DNA of 64,000 bases from Actinomycetes bacterium (GCA_024280015.1 JAJRQY010000064.1:29254-93253); one strand, 5' to 3'; numbered from the stretch's first letter, positions 37,289 to 47,393 are shown. Translations and numbers: made by a program. Notes: generated by a model from the letters alone, not told the origin.

Positions 37289-38824
37289 TCAGACAGTGCC
37301 CTCAAAGGCTGGATCAACACCAGCTTGATCGCCACCAAAAGTGTCATGCCAGGTGGTGACAACAACCTTCTTGTCGGTATAGAAATCAACCGCATCCACG
37401 CCACGGCCCCGCAGGGCACCGTAAAAGGACGACTTTCGGCCGCCGACCGGGTAGAAGGCAATTGGAGCCGGAGTTCCAACATTGATGCCGACCTGGCCGG
37501 TCTGTACCGACTGGCGGAACCGTCGGGCCAATCCGCCACGCTCGGTGTAGATCACGGCCGAGTGTCCGTAGGTGGAGGCATTGATGATGTCTATGGCCTC
37601 GTCAATACTATCGATCACGGTGATGCAGCGAACCGGGCCAAACAACTCGGTGGCCCACACGGGGTTAGATGGATCGGTCTCGATCAGGGTCGGGCCAAGC
37701 CAATGTCCCTCTTGGTATTCCTCTGGGTTTCCTTCTACCGTTGCCCCTCGACCGTCACGAATGATGCGGGCCCCGCTGGCTTCGGCCGCATCGATTGCTT
37801 CGGTGAACTTCGCTAACGCGGCAGCATTGATGACCGGGCCCATGCCGACTCCTTCAATGGTGCCGGGCCCCATTACCACATCGTCGATGGCAGCCAAGAA
37901 TCTCTCCATGAACTCCTCATAGACCGAGCGATAGACCAGCAGGTTGGAGCCAGCAAAGCAGCGTTGTGAGGCACATCCAAACAGCGATGAGGTGATGTTG
38001 GGCAAGCACCGGTCAAGGACTGCCGTGTCGGTGACAACCAGATTGTTCTTGGCTCCACCCTGGGCTTGGCAGCGCTTGGAGTTTCCGGTCGAGCGGCGGT
38101 ACACGATCTCTGCCACTTCGGAAGATCCAACGAAGGTGACTCCTTCGATGGCCTCATGGTCACACAGTCGCTCCACCGTGATCTTCTCGCCGAGCACCAT
38201 ATTGAGCACACCATCAGGGATGCCAGCTTCGGCCGCCAACTCAACCATGCGAATGGTGGTGAGGGGGCAATACTCACTTGGCTTGAGCACCACCGTGTTA
38301 CCGGTGGCAACAGCCCAACTGAAGTAAAGGGGGATCATGGCCGGGAAGTTGAATGGAGCGATAACGGCAAACACACCAAGGGGTTCCTTGATGTACTCGA
38401 TGTCGACCGAAGTAGCGACGTTCTCCGTCACCGCGCCCTTCTGGGTCTCGGTCACAGCAGCGGCATTCTCCACATACTGGATAGCCCGAAGCAGCTCACC
38501 CAATGCCTCAGGGGTCGACTTGCCATTCTCCTCAACAATGATGGCAGCCAACTCATCCCGGGCGTCAAACAGCAACTGGCGGTAGCGGAACATCATGGCC
38601 GAACGGGTCGGCACCGGAACCATGCGCCAGGTTTCGTATGCCTCAGATGCGGCATCGATTGCAGCATCGATTGCAGCATCTGAAGAGTTCGGGTGAACGG
38701 CTATGCCAGCACCGGTAGCCGGATTGGTGACGATGGACTCGCTGATGGAATCGATGTCGACCCAGTTCCCATTCACGAAGTTCTGAAGTACGCGTTCGGG
38801 CCTTACGGGGGAAGATGTTGACAT
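37289..38824 (-). CDS. CoA-acylating (methyl)malonate-semialdehyde dehydrogenase-type aldehyde dehydrogenase
   Basis: MmsA-type blocks are IAPFNFPAMIP, VLKPSE, FVGSSEVA, GGAKNN (in place of the ELGGK of classical ALDHs) and the catalytic Cys in ASQRCFAG. An AGGAG RBS overlaps the enamidase-like stop. Confidence 0.8.
   Translation of the reverse strand: MSTSSPVRPERVLQNFVNGNWVDIDSISESIVTNPATGAGIAVHPNSSDAAIDAAIDAASEAYETWRMVPVPTRSAMMFRYRQLLFDARDELAAIIVEENGKSTPEALGELLRAIQYVENAAAVTETQKGAVTENVATSVDIEYIKEPLGVFAVIAPFNFPAMIPLYFSWAVATGNTVVLKPSEYCPLTTIRMVELAAEAGIPDGVLNMVLGEKITVERLCDHEAIEGVTFVGSSEVAEIVYRRSTGNSKRCQAQGGAKNNLVVTDTAVLDRCLPNITSSLFGCASQRCFAGSNLLVYRSVYEEFMERFLAAIDDVVMGPGTIEGVGMGPVINAAALAKFTEAIDAAEASGARIIRDGRGATVEGNPEEYQEGHWLGPTLIETDPSNPVWATELFGPVRCITVIDSIDEAIDIINASTYGHSAVIYTERGGLARRFRQSVQTGQVGINVGTPAPIAFYPVGGRKSSFYGALRGRGVDAVDFYTDKKVVVTTWHDTFGGDQAGVDPAFEGTV
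38652..38680. repeat. 12-bp tandem repeat x2.4 in the ALDH 5' region (AIDA repeats)
   Basis: GCATCGATTGCA units. Confidence 0.85.
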
Positions 38825-38835
38825 AAGAAGGGCTC

Positions 38836-39999
38836 CTAGACAGAGAACGAGATGGTGCGAGTAGCTGGTGGCGTGTTGCGGCTCTTTGAGAATTTGACCT
38901 GGCCGTCAATGATCAGTCCGGCAACGGCCATGGTGTCGCCAATGGCCAAGGCACCCAGGGCATCACTGGCCTGGGATCCCATTGGGGCATCGACGATGGC
39001 GAGGTCGGCTTCGGCCCCAACCCGGATGATGCCACGGTTCACGTTGTGCAGCTTCGCCGTGTTGCCGGTGGCCATGGCTACGGCAAGTTCGGGGGCAACA
39101 GCACCGAAGCTGGCCACATAGGACATGACCCGCAGGATGCCAAGCGGCTGCACTCCAGACCCAGCGGGACAGTCGGTCCCAATAACAACCCGATGCAACT
39201 CGTCCCGTTCTTGGGCCAGCCGAGCCACCTCACCCAATGAGACAATGTTGCCATTGTGGACCAGCTCGATATGGGCCGTCGTTTCATCCAAGATCCGAAT
39301 GACGTCGTCAATGGGCAATGCCGTCGGACCGCCGTTCACGTGTCCGGCGACGTCGGGCCTGACCTCGCCAACAAAGTCGGCATCGATCACACCACTACCG
39401 GGGATGGAGGCCCCTCCGGTATGAACCATGACTCGCATATCTCGAGCTTGAGCCCAGCGAGTCATCTGTGCCGCCTGGACCGGATCCTTCAATCCGGAGA
39501 TGCCTATCTCACCGACCAATCGGCAACCAGCAGCAGCCAGGTCGTCAAAGTCGGCTTCGACGAGGCCTTCTTCTAACAGGATGGCTCCGGCATGAACCTT
39601 GACCCCCGAAGGGCGAAGGTTGCTGAAGGACTTGTGGGCCAAGATGGCCAGCGCCTTGACTCCGGCTGGATCGGTTGGGCGGCCAGGCACATGCGGCTCA
39701 CCGGCAGATTGCATGGTCGAGACGCCGCCATGCATGCAGGAATCAATGAAGTCGAAGGTTCGCTGCCGCGGGGTGAAGTCACCAATCACGGGGTGAACAT
39801 GGTTGTCGTGCAAGCCAGGAATGACCGTTGCTCCGCCTGCATCAATCACCTTGGTGATTCCGTCGGCATCACAGTCGGCCTCCGCTCCAACGGCACTGAT
39901 CAGGCCGTCACGAACAACGATGGTGTTCGCTTCGACCAGCGGTGCGTCAAGGTCTCCAGACACCACGGTGCCAATGCCTTTGATCACAAGATCGTTCAT
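38836..39999 (-). CDS. Enamidase-like amidohydrolase (1,4,5,6-tetrahydro-6-oxonicotinate amidohydrolase type)
   Basis: Amidohydrolase fold (DNHVHP metal motif). The blocks GDFTPRQ, HTGGASIPGS, VNGGPTA and SRNTPPA and the 387-aa length match my recollection of Eubacterium barkeri Ena. This needs an alignment to confirm. Confidence 0.7.
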   Translation of the reverse strand: MNDLVIKGIGTVVSGDLDAPLVEANTIVVRDGLISAVGAEADCDADGITKVIDAGGATVIPGLHDNHVHPVIGDFTPRQRTFDFIDSCMHGGVSTMQSAGEPHVPGRPTDPAGVKALAILAHKSFSNLRPSGVKVHAGAILLEEGLVEADFDDLAAAGCRLVGEIGISGLKDPVQAAQMTRWAQARDMRVMVHTGGASIPGSGVIDADFVGEVRPDVAGHVNGGPTALPIDDVIRILDETTAHIELVHNGNIVSLGEVARLAQERDELHRVVIGTDCPAGSGVQPLGILRVMSYVASFGAVAPELAVAMATGNTAKLHNVNRGIIRVGAEADLAIVDAPMGSQASDALGALAIGDTMAVAGLIIDGQVKFSKSRNTPPATRTISFSV

Positions 40000-40051
40000 G
40001 GGAGAGATCCTTCTGTTGGAGGCTTGTTGTTGAAGACTTGTTGGTAGAAAA

Positions 40052-40161
40052 CCGACTGGCTACTGGCTGTCATTTGACTGGCAATTGACTAGCTGTTGAC
40101 TGGCAATTGACTAGCTGTTGACTGGCAATTGACTAGCTGTTGACTGGGGAGCGACTGGGCG
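40052..40161. promoter_or_regulatory. Array of 11-bp-phased TTGACT boxes (22-bp unit x3 plus degenerate flanks) in the divergent promoter spacer
   Basis: Exact TTGACT occurs at 40074, 40085, 40096, 40107, 40118, 40129 and 40140. Degenerate boxes are CCGACT at 40052 and GCGACT at 40151. The unit is TTGACTGGCAATTGACTAGCTG. Confidence 0.6.
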
Positions 40162-40258
40162 CCTCGCCCCGAAGTTCACTTGTGTACGAGTGAGTTGATG
40201 CTAGTGTTGTGATCAATCTCACGCAAGACATCACACAAGCTTTCTGGGGACCAAGCGT

Positions 40259-41203
40259 TTGAGCTATCTGCTTCCAACTTCAATCGAAGCGGCCCTGAGT
40301 TTGTTGGACAGCGCGCCTGAGAACGAACGCGCGCCAACCATCGTCGCTGGAGCCACCGACTACTACCCACAGCTCAGTCACACAGTGGCCAAAATCCAGC
40401 CAACCGAAGACATCCTCGACATCACGCGTCTCGACGAACTTCGTTTGATTCAAGAAGTTCGCGCGGACCAACAAGATGGCGACTACTGGCGTATTGGCGC
40501 TCTCGCCACCTGGGCTGGTGTTTCCCGCACAGACATGCCGCCAGCATTTGCCGGGTTGCAGCACGCCGCCACCCAGATCGGCAGCGTGCAGATTCAGAAT
40601 GCGGCAACCATCGTTGGCAATGTTTGCAATGCCTCGCCAGCCGCCGACGGTGTGCCACCCCTTCTGACTCTGGGAGCCAAGGTCGAACTGCGATCCCTTA
40701 CTCAGGCCCGCTTGGTTCAAACCCGCTTGGTCCCGTTGGAAGAATTCATCCTCGGCAACCGGCGGACAGCAAGACAACCAAACGAGCTGGTCACCGCCAT
40801 CCTCATACCCACCCCGCAGCGTGGCATGGTCGGGAGTTTTGAGAAGTTGGGGGCGAGGGCCTACCTGGCTATCTCCATTGTCATGGTGGCCGCGGTGGCC
40901 GATATTGATGAGGACGGAACTATCAACTCAGCCCGGATCGCCGTCGGGGCATGCTCGGAAGTAGCCCAGCGCTTGCCCGATCTGGAACACGACCTGGTTG
41001 GGGTTCAGGTGAGCAATCTTGGAACTGACTTCAGTATCAGCGACAACCATCTTGCCCCACTCGCTCCCATTAGCGATGTGCGGGCCAGTGCGACCTACCG
41101 GATGTCGGTGACTCCTCCACTGATCGCCCGAGCTCTGGCTCAGTGCAGGCAACAGAAGAATCCACTGACCAAGAGGCAGGGTCATGAGCAAGCATCCAGC
41201 TGA
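40259..41203 (+). CDS. Molybdenum hydroxylase FAD-binding subunit (CoxM/XdhB-like)
   Basis: The FAD_binding_5 profile includes [10 protein letters not shown] and IGALATW. The start is TTG at 40259. Confidence 0.85.
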   Translation: MSYLLPTSIEAALSLLDSAPENERAPTIVAGATDYYPQLSHTVAKIQPTEDILDITRLDELRLIQEVRADQQDGDYWRIGALATWAGVSRTDMPPAFAGLQHAATQIGSVQIQNAATIVGNVCNASPAADGVPPLLTLGAKVELRSLTQARLVQTRLVPLEEFILGNRRTARQPNELVTAILIPTPQRGMVGSFEKLGARAYLAISIVMVAAVADIDEDGTINSARIAVGACSEVAQRLPDLEHDLVGVQVSNLGTDFSISDNHLAPLAPISDVRASATYRMSVTPPLIARALAQCRQQKNPLTKRQGHEQASS

Positions 41204-44090
41204 CGACACAGCCGACCAAACAGTCAAGCTCATCGTCAACGGTAAACGGGTCGAAGTAGACGTCGAGCCAATGACTCGGCTCAGCCAGGTACTGCGAACC
41301 GAGCTTGGTCTGACCGGGACCAAGGTTGGTTGCGATGCCGGAGACTGCGGCGCCTGCACAGTTCTGATCGATGGTGAGCCGCTTTGCTCGTGTCTAGCAC
41401 CCATTGGCCGCCTCAGCGGAAGCAAGGTGGAGACCGTCGAATCTCTTTCGGAGAGCGAAGCCGGGCGAGTGCTACAAAACTCATTCCTCAGCAACGCTGG
41501 CACCCAATGCGGATTCTGCACCCCGGGCGTACTGATGGCAAGCACCGCACTACTCGCCAACAATCCGAGTCCCACCACCCAAGAGATTGAGGCAGGGTTG
41601 GGTGGCGTCTTGTGTCGCTGCACCGGCTATCGCCAGATCATTGACAGCGTTGCCGCCGCAGCCCAGGCGGCCCAATCCGGTTCTATCGATGTTGAAGAAC
41701 CGACGACGGGCAAGGCAGTCGGTGTCTCAATCGGTCGAGTTGATGGTCGTCAGAAACTGTCGGGCCAGGACATCTTTGGCGACGATGGAGCACCAGATGG
41801 CGCCTTGGAAGTCCGGGCAATCCGATCGCCCCATCACCGCGCAAGTTTCACCCTCGGAGACCTTGACGCCTACATCAGTTCCAGTCCAGGAATCGTCGCC
41901 ATTCTGACAGCGTCAGACATCCCCGGTATCAATCAGTTTGGCGTCATTCCCCCAATGGCTGACCAGCCAGTGTTTGCGGAAACCGAAACCCGGTTCATGG
42001 GCGAGGCAATCGCTGCGGTCATAGTTAAGCCACAAACTGAACCACAAACCGGGCCACCATCTGGGCTCGGTACCCGAGTAGATCTGTCCGGATTCCCCGT
42101 CACTTGGACCGAGCTGGAACCGGTAATGGACCCGACCGAGGCTCAGACCCCGGATGCTCCCCTTCTGCATGCCGATCGGCCCGATCGGGCCAACAATGTG
42201 ATGGCCCGGCGCCTCGTATCCCGAGGTGACCTCGCAGCGGCGATGTCGGCCGCAGTAGTGACTACCAGTGGCGAGTTCCGAACCTCCTTCGTTGAACATG
42301 CCTACATCGAAACCGAGTCCGGCTGGGCCGAGGTCAGTGACGGACCTGGCAGCTACATCGTCTCCATCCATGTGACGACCCAAGCACCGTTCTCAGACCG
42401 CAATGACACCGCCGCCATTCTTGGCGTTGATCCCGAACGTGTCATCATTCGGCCAACAGCTTGCGGTGGTGGCTTCGGCGGCAAGCTGGACATGTCGGTA
42501 CAGCCAATCCTGGCTTTAGCCGCAATCAAGGTTGGTGTGCCGGTTCGCATGACCTATGACCGGGCCGAGTCCATTGTGTCAACAACCAAACGCCATCCGG
42601 CCATCATGACCGCAACTCTTGGTGCCGATGCCAGTGGCTCGTTCACTGGCTATCAATTCGATGGCACTTTCAACACTGGTGCCTACGCCTCATGGGGTCC
42701 AACGGTGGCAACCCGTGTTCCCCTTCACGCTGGCGGACCCTATACCTATGACGCCTATCAGGCTCGCAGCGTGGCCGTCCACACCAATGGCCCTCCGGCT
42801 GGGGCTTTCCGTGGCTTCGGAGTTCCCCAGGCCGCCATCGTGCAAGAAACATTGGTTGACATCCTCGCAGAGCAACTGGATCTTGATCCTCTGGAGATTC
42901 GTCTGACTAATGCCCTTGGCGCCAATCAACCGACGGTGACTGGCCAGACATTCGCCTCTGGCATGGGCTTCGCCGAGTGCCTGGAAGCCCTTCGTGAACC
43001 CTACGAGAAGGCCAAGGAACGAGCCGCTCTGTTCAACACAGCCCAATCCAACACAGCCCAATCCAACACAGCCCAGTCCAACACAGCCCAGTCCAACACA
43101 GGAACGGCAACCTCGATCCGTCGGGCCGGCGTTGGCATCGCCGGAGCCTGGTACGGCTGTGGCAATACTGCCTTGCCCAACCCATCGCAGATGAAGGTCG
43201 GACTCGATCCCGATGGTCGAATTCGGCTTCATCAGGGGGCCGTCGACATTGGCCAGGGTGCCAACACGGTCATGAGCCAGATCTGCGCCGATGGCCTTGG
43301 GGTGCCTCTGTCCAAGGTCCATCTGGTTTCGGCCGATACTGACCACACGCCGAACGCAGGCAAGACATCGGCGTCACGCCAAACCTTCATCACCGGCAAC
43401 GCCACCTACCTGGCTGCTCAGGCCTTGCGGGCCGAGATTTTGGCCCTGGCTGGCTTGGCGTCGGACCCAGAAATCGATTCCAATACCACAATCGATCTAG
43501 ATGGTTCGGACCTCTCTGTCCTTACCCGATCCGACCGCGTGATCGTTGACCTCACAACCCTCAAACTCGACAACGATGGCTACGTTGCCGCTGGCTTCGG
43601 AACCTATGATCCACCAACCAAAGAACTGGATGACCAAGGCCAGGGCGAGCCATACGCTGTCTACGGATTTGGGGCCCAGATGGTTGAGCTTGAAGTCGAC
43701 ATGGAAACCGGGATTGTCAGCCTCCTGTCGGTTGAGGCGGTCTACGACGTTGGCCGGGCCATCAACCCAGCCCTGGTTCGGGGGCAGATCACCGGAGGCG
43801 TCGCCCAAGGAATCGGCCTGGCTCTGATGGAGGAATACATCCCCGGCGCCACCAACAACCTGCATGACTATCTGATTCCGACCATCGGCGATGTTCCTGA
43901 AGTACGGGTCACCCTGGTCGAGTCCGGCGACCCACTCGGACCCTACGGGGCGAAGGGTGTCGGCGAGCACTCCTTACTGCCGACGGCCCCAGCCATTCTC
44001 AACGCCCTGCGTCAAGCAATTGGCACCCCGGTGCGTCACATTCCTGCCACCCCAGATCGACTCTTGGCCATCATCGAGGGCCGATCATGA
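41184..44090 (+). CDS. Fused [2Fe-2S] + molybdopterin-binding hydroxylase subunit (xanthine dehydrogenase / aldehyde oxidase family)
   Basis: The N-terminal ferredoxin-type clusters are [12 protein letters not shown] and QCGFCTPG...LCRCTGY. A roughly 800-aa Moco domain follows (GGGFGGK, GFGVPQ, AKGVGE). Confidence 0.9.
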   Translation: MSKHPADDTADQTVKLIVNGKRVEVDVEPMTRLSQVLRTELGLTGTKVGCDAGDCGACTVLIDGEPLCSCLAPIGRLSGSKVETVESLSESEAGRVLQNSFLSNAGTQCGFCTPGVLMASTALLANNPSPTTQEIEAGLGGVLCRCTGYRQIIDSVAAAAQAAQSGSIDVEEPTTGKAVGVSIGRVDGRQKLSGQDIFGDDGAPDGALEVRAIRSPHHRASFTLGDLDAYISSSPGIVAILTASDIPGINQFGVIPPMADQPVFAETETRFMGEAIAAVIVKPQTEPQTGPPSGLGTRVDLSGFPVTWTELEPVMDPTEAQTPDAPLLHADRPDRANNVMARRLVSRGDLAAAMSAAVVTTSGEFRTSFVEHAYIETESGWAEVSDGPGSYIVSIHVTTQAPFSDRNDTAAILGVDPERVIIRPTACGGGFGGKLDMSVQPILALAAIKVGVPVRMTYDRAESIVSTTKRHPAIMTATLGADASGSFTGYQFDGTFNTGAYASWGPTVATRVPLHAGGPYTYDAYQARSVAVHTNGPPAGAFRGFGVPQAAIVQETLVDILAEQLDLDPLEIRLTNALGANQPTVTGQTFASGMGFAECLEALREPYEKAKERAALFNTAQSNTAQSNTAQSNTAQSNTGTATSIRRAGVGIAGAWYGCGNTALPNPSQMKVGLDPDGRIRLHQGAVDIGQGANTVMSQICADGLGVPLSKVHLVSADTDHTPNAGKTSASRQTFITGNATYLAAQALRAEILALAGLASDPEIDSNTTIDLDGSDLSVLTRSDRVIVDLTTLKLDNDGYVAAGFGTYDPPTKELDDQGQGEPYAVYGFGAQMVELEVDMETGIVSLLSVEAVYDVGRAINPALVRGQITGGVAQGIGLALMEEYIPGATNNLHDYLIPTIGDVPEVRVTLVESGDPLGPYGAKGVGEHSLLPTAPAILNALRQAIGTPVRHIPATPDRLLAIIEGRS
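43035..43101. repeat. 15-bp tandem repeat x4.4 inside the Moco domain (NTAQS x4)
   Basis: AACACAGCCCARTCC units. Confidence 0.95.
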
Positions 44091-45733
44091 ATGAGTCGAC
44101 CAAGAATGGATCAACGAACAACGGATCGACAAACACAGCCTCTGAGCCGGCACGTCGTACCCAGCCGATACAGGCTGACCACACGCCGACCGAACAATTT
44201 GCGTCTGAGCTAGCCGAATACGTCGACCCAAACAGCACAGGCAGCCCAGTCGACCCAAACAGTACAGGCAGCCCAGAAAACTCGGGTGACTCAGACGTAA
44301 AGATTCGCTGCGATGCCTGCCCGATCCGTTGCTTCATCCTGCCCGGCCGAACTGGCTCATGTGATCGCTACGGCAATGTTGACGGGGTGCTCACCCGCAT
44401 GGATCCGGTGACGGTTCTGCAACGAGCTACCGAGAGGGGTGCGGACGTTGTGCCGTTCGCTCTGGTCAGCGATAGCTGGTCAGGTGAAGTGGTACGCCAG
44501 GCTGACGTCTTCGTCACCGGCACCGGTTCGGGCACCACCTATCCCGACTACAAGCCCGCCCCATTCATCGTGTCCCAAGAGGTCGACGGCATCGACATGG
44601 TGACGGTGGTGACTGAGGGGATCTTCTCCTACTGCGGGGCCAAGGTAAAGATCGACACCGACCGTCATGTCGGGGCCGAACGTTCCCTGGTCTACTCCGA
44701 AGGCGAGGAGATTGGTCATGTCACAACGGCGGAGTACGGATCGCAGATGCTGTCTCTCGGAGGCGTGCATCACCTGACTGGTCTCGGTCGTAAAGCTGGA
44801 CTGGCCACCATGCGGGCTCTGGTTGACCTGTGTGCGGGGAAGCCGATCACGGTGCAGGTTGAGGATGGAGCCGAGCTTGTTCTGCAAGCCGGCAGCGCTC
44901 CAATTATCGATGGCGTTGTCGATGAGCGGATGCGGGTCGGCTGCGGTTCAGCCGCCATTGGCATGTTCGCCAGCCAATGGGCCCCGCACGTGGACGAGGT
45001 GGTTGTTGTTGATGACCACATCACCGGAGTTTTAACCGAGCACCAAGCAGGTGTTGTGCTTGGTATCAAGCCCAGTGGTATCAAGTTGAAGGGGCGCCGT
45101 TCCACCCCCGGCCGCTACTTCGAGATTGCCAACCCTGGTTCAGGTTGGGGCGGAACTGATCTGGAGGATCCACTCTCCATCGTCCAGTTCTTCAAGCCCA
45201 AGAAGGCTTGGCCCGGTTTGACCCTGCTGATGGTGTCAACCACGGGAACCGATTACGCCTACTACGTGCTGGATGACAAGCTGGTGCCTCAGCCCGCTCC
45301 CCTTCCCGCCATCTTGCAAGAGTCGGTGGATCGGGTGCGGTCCAACTGCGAACCGACCATGACGTCGGTCCTGTTTATGGCCGGAGCTGGAGGTTCACTC
45401 CGGTCTGGCGTGACGGCAGATCCGGTTCGACTGACCCAATCGGTTCGAGCAGATGAGACGCTAGTTACCTGTGGCGGTGCGCCAACCTATGTGTGGCCTG
45501 GCGGCGGTATCACCTTCACCGTTGATGTGACCCGTACCCCGGTTGATTCATTCGGCTATGTGCCGACTCCGGCACTGGTGGCCCCGATTGAATTCACCAT
45601 GCCACGAAAGACCTACCTCGCGTTGGGTGGCCATGAGGATTCGATCCTGACGCTAGATGAGGCATTGACCGAGGTCCCGACCCAGGTCGTCACCGCTGAC
45701 CCGCAGAATCCTTGGCCCGGCGATCGGCCTTGA
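44087..45733 (+). CDS. Cys-cluster protein, putative 6-hydroxynicotinate reductase-like
   Basis: The N-terminal motif is [23 protein letters not shown] (C-x2-C-x3-C-x9-C). It lies between the Mo-hydroxylase and UPF0280 genes with an ATGA overlap. The assignment rests on context and motif, not on an alignment. Confidence 0.5.
   Translation: MNESTKNGSTNNGSTNTASEPARRTQPIQADHTPTEQFASELAEYVDPNSTGSPVDPNSTGSPENSGDSDVKIRCDACPIRCFILPGRTGSCDRYGNVDGVLTRMDPVTVLQRATERGADVVPFALVSDSWSGEVVRQADVFVTGTGSGTTYPDYKPAPFIVSQEVDGIDMVTVVTEGIFSYCGAKVKIDTDRHVGAERSLVYSEGEEIGHVTTAEYGSQMLSLGGVHHLTGLGRKAGLATMRALVDLCAGKPITVQVEDGAELVLQAGSAPIIDGVVDERMRVGCGSAAIGMFASQWAPHVDEVVVVDDHITGVLTEHQAGVVLGIKPSGIKLKGRRSTPGRYFEIANPGSGWGGTDLEDPLSIVQFFKPKKAWPGLTLLMVSTTGTDYAYYVLDDKLVPQPAPLPAILQESVDRVRSNCEPTMTSVLFMAGAGGSLRSGVTADPVRLTQSVRADETLVTCGGAPTYVWPGGGITFTVDVTRTPVDSFGYVPTPALVAPIEFTMPRKTYLALGGHEDSILTLDEALTEVPTQVVTADPQNPWPGDRP
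44222..44275. repeat. 27-bp tandem duplication in the 5' region of the reductase-like gene (VDPNSTGSP x2)
   Basis: GTCGACCCAAACAGYACAGGCAGCCCA occurs 2 times. An imperfect 15-bp pair lies at 44105..44134 (NGSTN x2). Confidence 0.9.
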
Positions 45734-46770
45734 TGGACACTCAGATAGCCAGTCAGTTAACAGCTGACCCACCGGCAGTCGCGCCACAGACAGTCGCGCC
45801 ACCGAGAACCCAGCCACAAGCAGGTGGACCTCAGGCGACACTCATCGCTGACGGAAGTCGTCTACACCTCAACCATGGCCCCATCGATCTGATCATCTCG
45901 GCTGATGGCTCACCCGCAGCCCGGAGGCGGGCATTCGATGCTGCCGCCAGCCGGTTTGATGGCCTATTGGAGGAGCTGGTACACGAGCTCGACGTTCTTC
46001 GCACTCCGGCCCAATCCCAGCCAACGTCACAATCACAGTCACATCCTCAGACACCGGCAGCCGGCGGTGCCGTAGCCCAACGCATGCTGGCCGCGGTCTG
46101 GCCATACCGGGACCGGGAACGGATTACCCCGATGGCTGCGGTAGCTGGGGCGGTGGCCGATGAGATTGGGGCGGCCATCACCAACTCAGATCCAGCGGGT
46201 GACCTCACCCGTTGGATGGTCAACAATGGTGGCGACATAGCGATATGGCTGGCGGCCGGACAGGCCTATCGCGTCGGGGTCGTCATGGGCCACCCATCTC
46301 TGCTGGCGCCGCTGGAGCCTCTTGTTGCGTGTTCTACCGGTGCCGGGACGGATCGAATCGACACTCACGCAGGAGCGCTAGCAATCACAAGCGAGATGCG
46401 CATTGGCGGGATCGCCACTAGCGGTCAGCCAGGCCGAAGTTTCTCCCTTGGTATTGCGGACTCCGTCACCGTCTTGGCCAATAATGCTGCAGCTGCTGAT
46501 GCGGCGGCCACCCTTATTGCCAATCGGGTCGATCTTCCTGACCACCCTGGTATCAGGCGAACTCCGGCCTGTGAACTGGATCCGGACAATGATCTTGGCC
46601 AGATCCCCATCACCGTCGACGTACCTTCGCTAGAAGAAGCCGAGGCCGCAACGGCTCTGGGCGCCGGGCTCAGCTTTGCCAATGAACTGGTGTCTGACAA
46701 GCTCATTGTTGCTGCCATCCTTCACCTCTGCGGACTCACTGTCTCAACTTCACGACAGAGCAGCCAGTGA
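45733..46770 (+). CDS. UPF0280 (ApbE-like) family protein
   Basis: The block SRLHLNHGPIDLIISADG resembles the UPF0280 signature as I recall it. ATG 45733 overlaps the upstream stop (TGATG). The tracked TTG at 45712 is an alternative start. Confidence 0.55.
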   Translation: MDTQIASQLTADPPAVAPQTVAPPRTQPQAGGPQATLIADGSRLHLNHGPIDLIISADGSPAARRRAFDAAASRFDGLLEELVHELDVLRTPAQSQPTSQSQSHPQTPAAGGAVAQRMLAAVWPYRDRERITPMAAVAGAVADEIGAAITNSDPAGDLTRWMVNNGGDIAIWLAAGQAYRVGVVMGHPSLLAPLEPLVACSTGAGTDRIDTHAGALAITSEMRIGGIATSGQPGRSFSLGIADSVTVLANNAAAADAAATLIANRVDLPDHPGIRRTPACELDPDNDLGQIPITVDVPSLEEAEAATALGAGLSFANELVSDKLIVAAILHLCGLTVSTSRQSSQ

Positions 46771-46805
46771 CGACAGAGCAGCCAGTTACGACAGAGCAAC
46801 CAGAG
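46752..46805. repeat. 18-bp tandem repeat x3 spanning the UPF0280 stop and the marR start
   Basis: ACGACAGAGCARCCAGWK units. Unit 1 carries both TGA 46768..46770 and GTG 46767..46769. Confidence 0.9.
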
Positions 46806-47309
46806 CAACCAGGCCAGCCAGGCAAGCGGCCTGCCAAGCGGCCGGCCAAAAAGCGTCAGCAAGCTGGCACCAAGGCGACCGTCAAGGATGGCTATGTCCT
46901 GGAGGACCAGATTGGATTCTTGCTGCGGAAAGCGAACCAACGCCATCGTTCCATTTTCGGCAACCAGGTCAAGAACAACATTGCTCCCGCTCAGTTCTCC
47001 GCTCTGGCCAAACTTCACCAGCTGGGGCCCCTGTCTCAGAATCACCTTGGGCGCCTCATCGCCCTGGATTCCGCCACCATCAAGGGTGTGGTGAACCGCC
47101 TAGTCCAGGCTGACTATGTGACCAGCGAACGGTCCGAGGACGACGCCAGATTGCGAATCATTGACCTCACCACCCATGGTCGAATCCGTATCAAGGGTCT
47201 GCTTCCCTTGGCTGAAGAGATTACTCAGCTCACGCTTGCCCCTCTCAACGATCAAGAAGCGAAGACGCTCCATCGACTCCTGAGCAAGATTGCCGGATCA
47301 CTGGACTAG
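46767..47309 (+). CDS. MarR family transcriptional regulator with a repetitive/basic N-terminal extension
   Basis: The wHTH region is FSALAKLHQLGPLSQNHLGRLIALDSATIKGVVNRLVQADYV. The N-terminus is TTEQPVTTEQPEQPGQPGKRPAKRPAKK. There is a GTGA overlap with the upstream stop. Confidence 0.85.
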   Translation: MTTEQPVTTEQPEQPGQPGKRPAKRPAKKRQQAGTKATVKDGYVLEDQIGFLLRKANQRHRSIFGNQVKNNIAPAQFSALAKLHQLGPLSQNHLGRLIALDSATIKGVVNRLVQADYVTSERSEDDARLRIIDLTTHGRIRIKGLLPLAEEITQLTLAPLNDQEAKTLHRLLSKIAGSLD

Positions 47310-47315
47310 CGAAAT

Positions 47316-47393
47316 CGTGCTACCTCAAACCGTGCTACCTCAAACCGTGCTACCTCAAACCGTACTATCTCAAACCGTGCTACCTCAAACCGT
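47316..47393. repeat. 15-bp tandem repeat x5.2 at the convergent marR / AA_synth junction
   Basis: CGTGCTACCTCAAAC units (the 4th copy is CGTACTATCTCAAAC). The 5th copy contains the stop and the last three codons of the minus-strand gene. Confidence 0.95.

Noticed and set aside
42690-43346. 218-aa minus-strand ORF with CVGLG repeats. Also 6023..6580, 50581..51234 and 62835..63479.
   Set aside because: All lie antisense to strongly supported genes (Moco subunit, FtsX permease, DinB-fold gene, nagA). The repeat peptide is the NTAQS array read in reverse.
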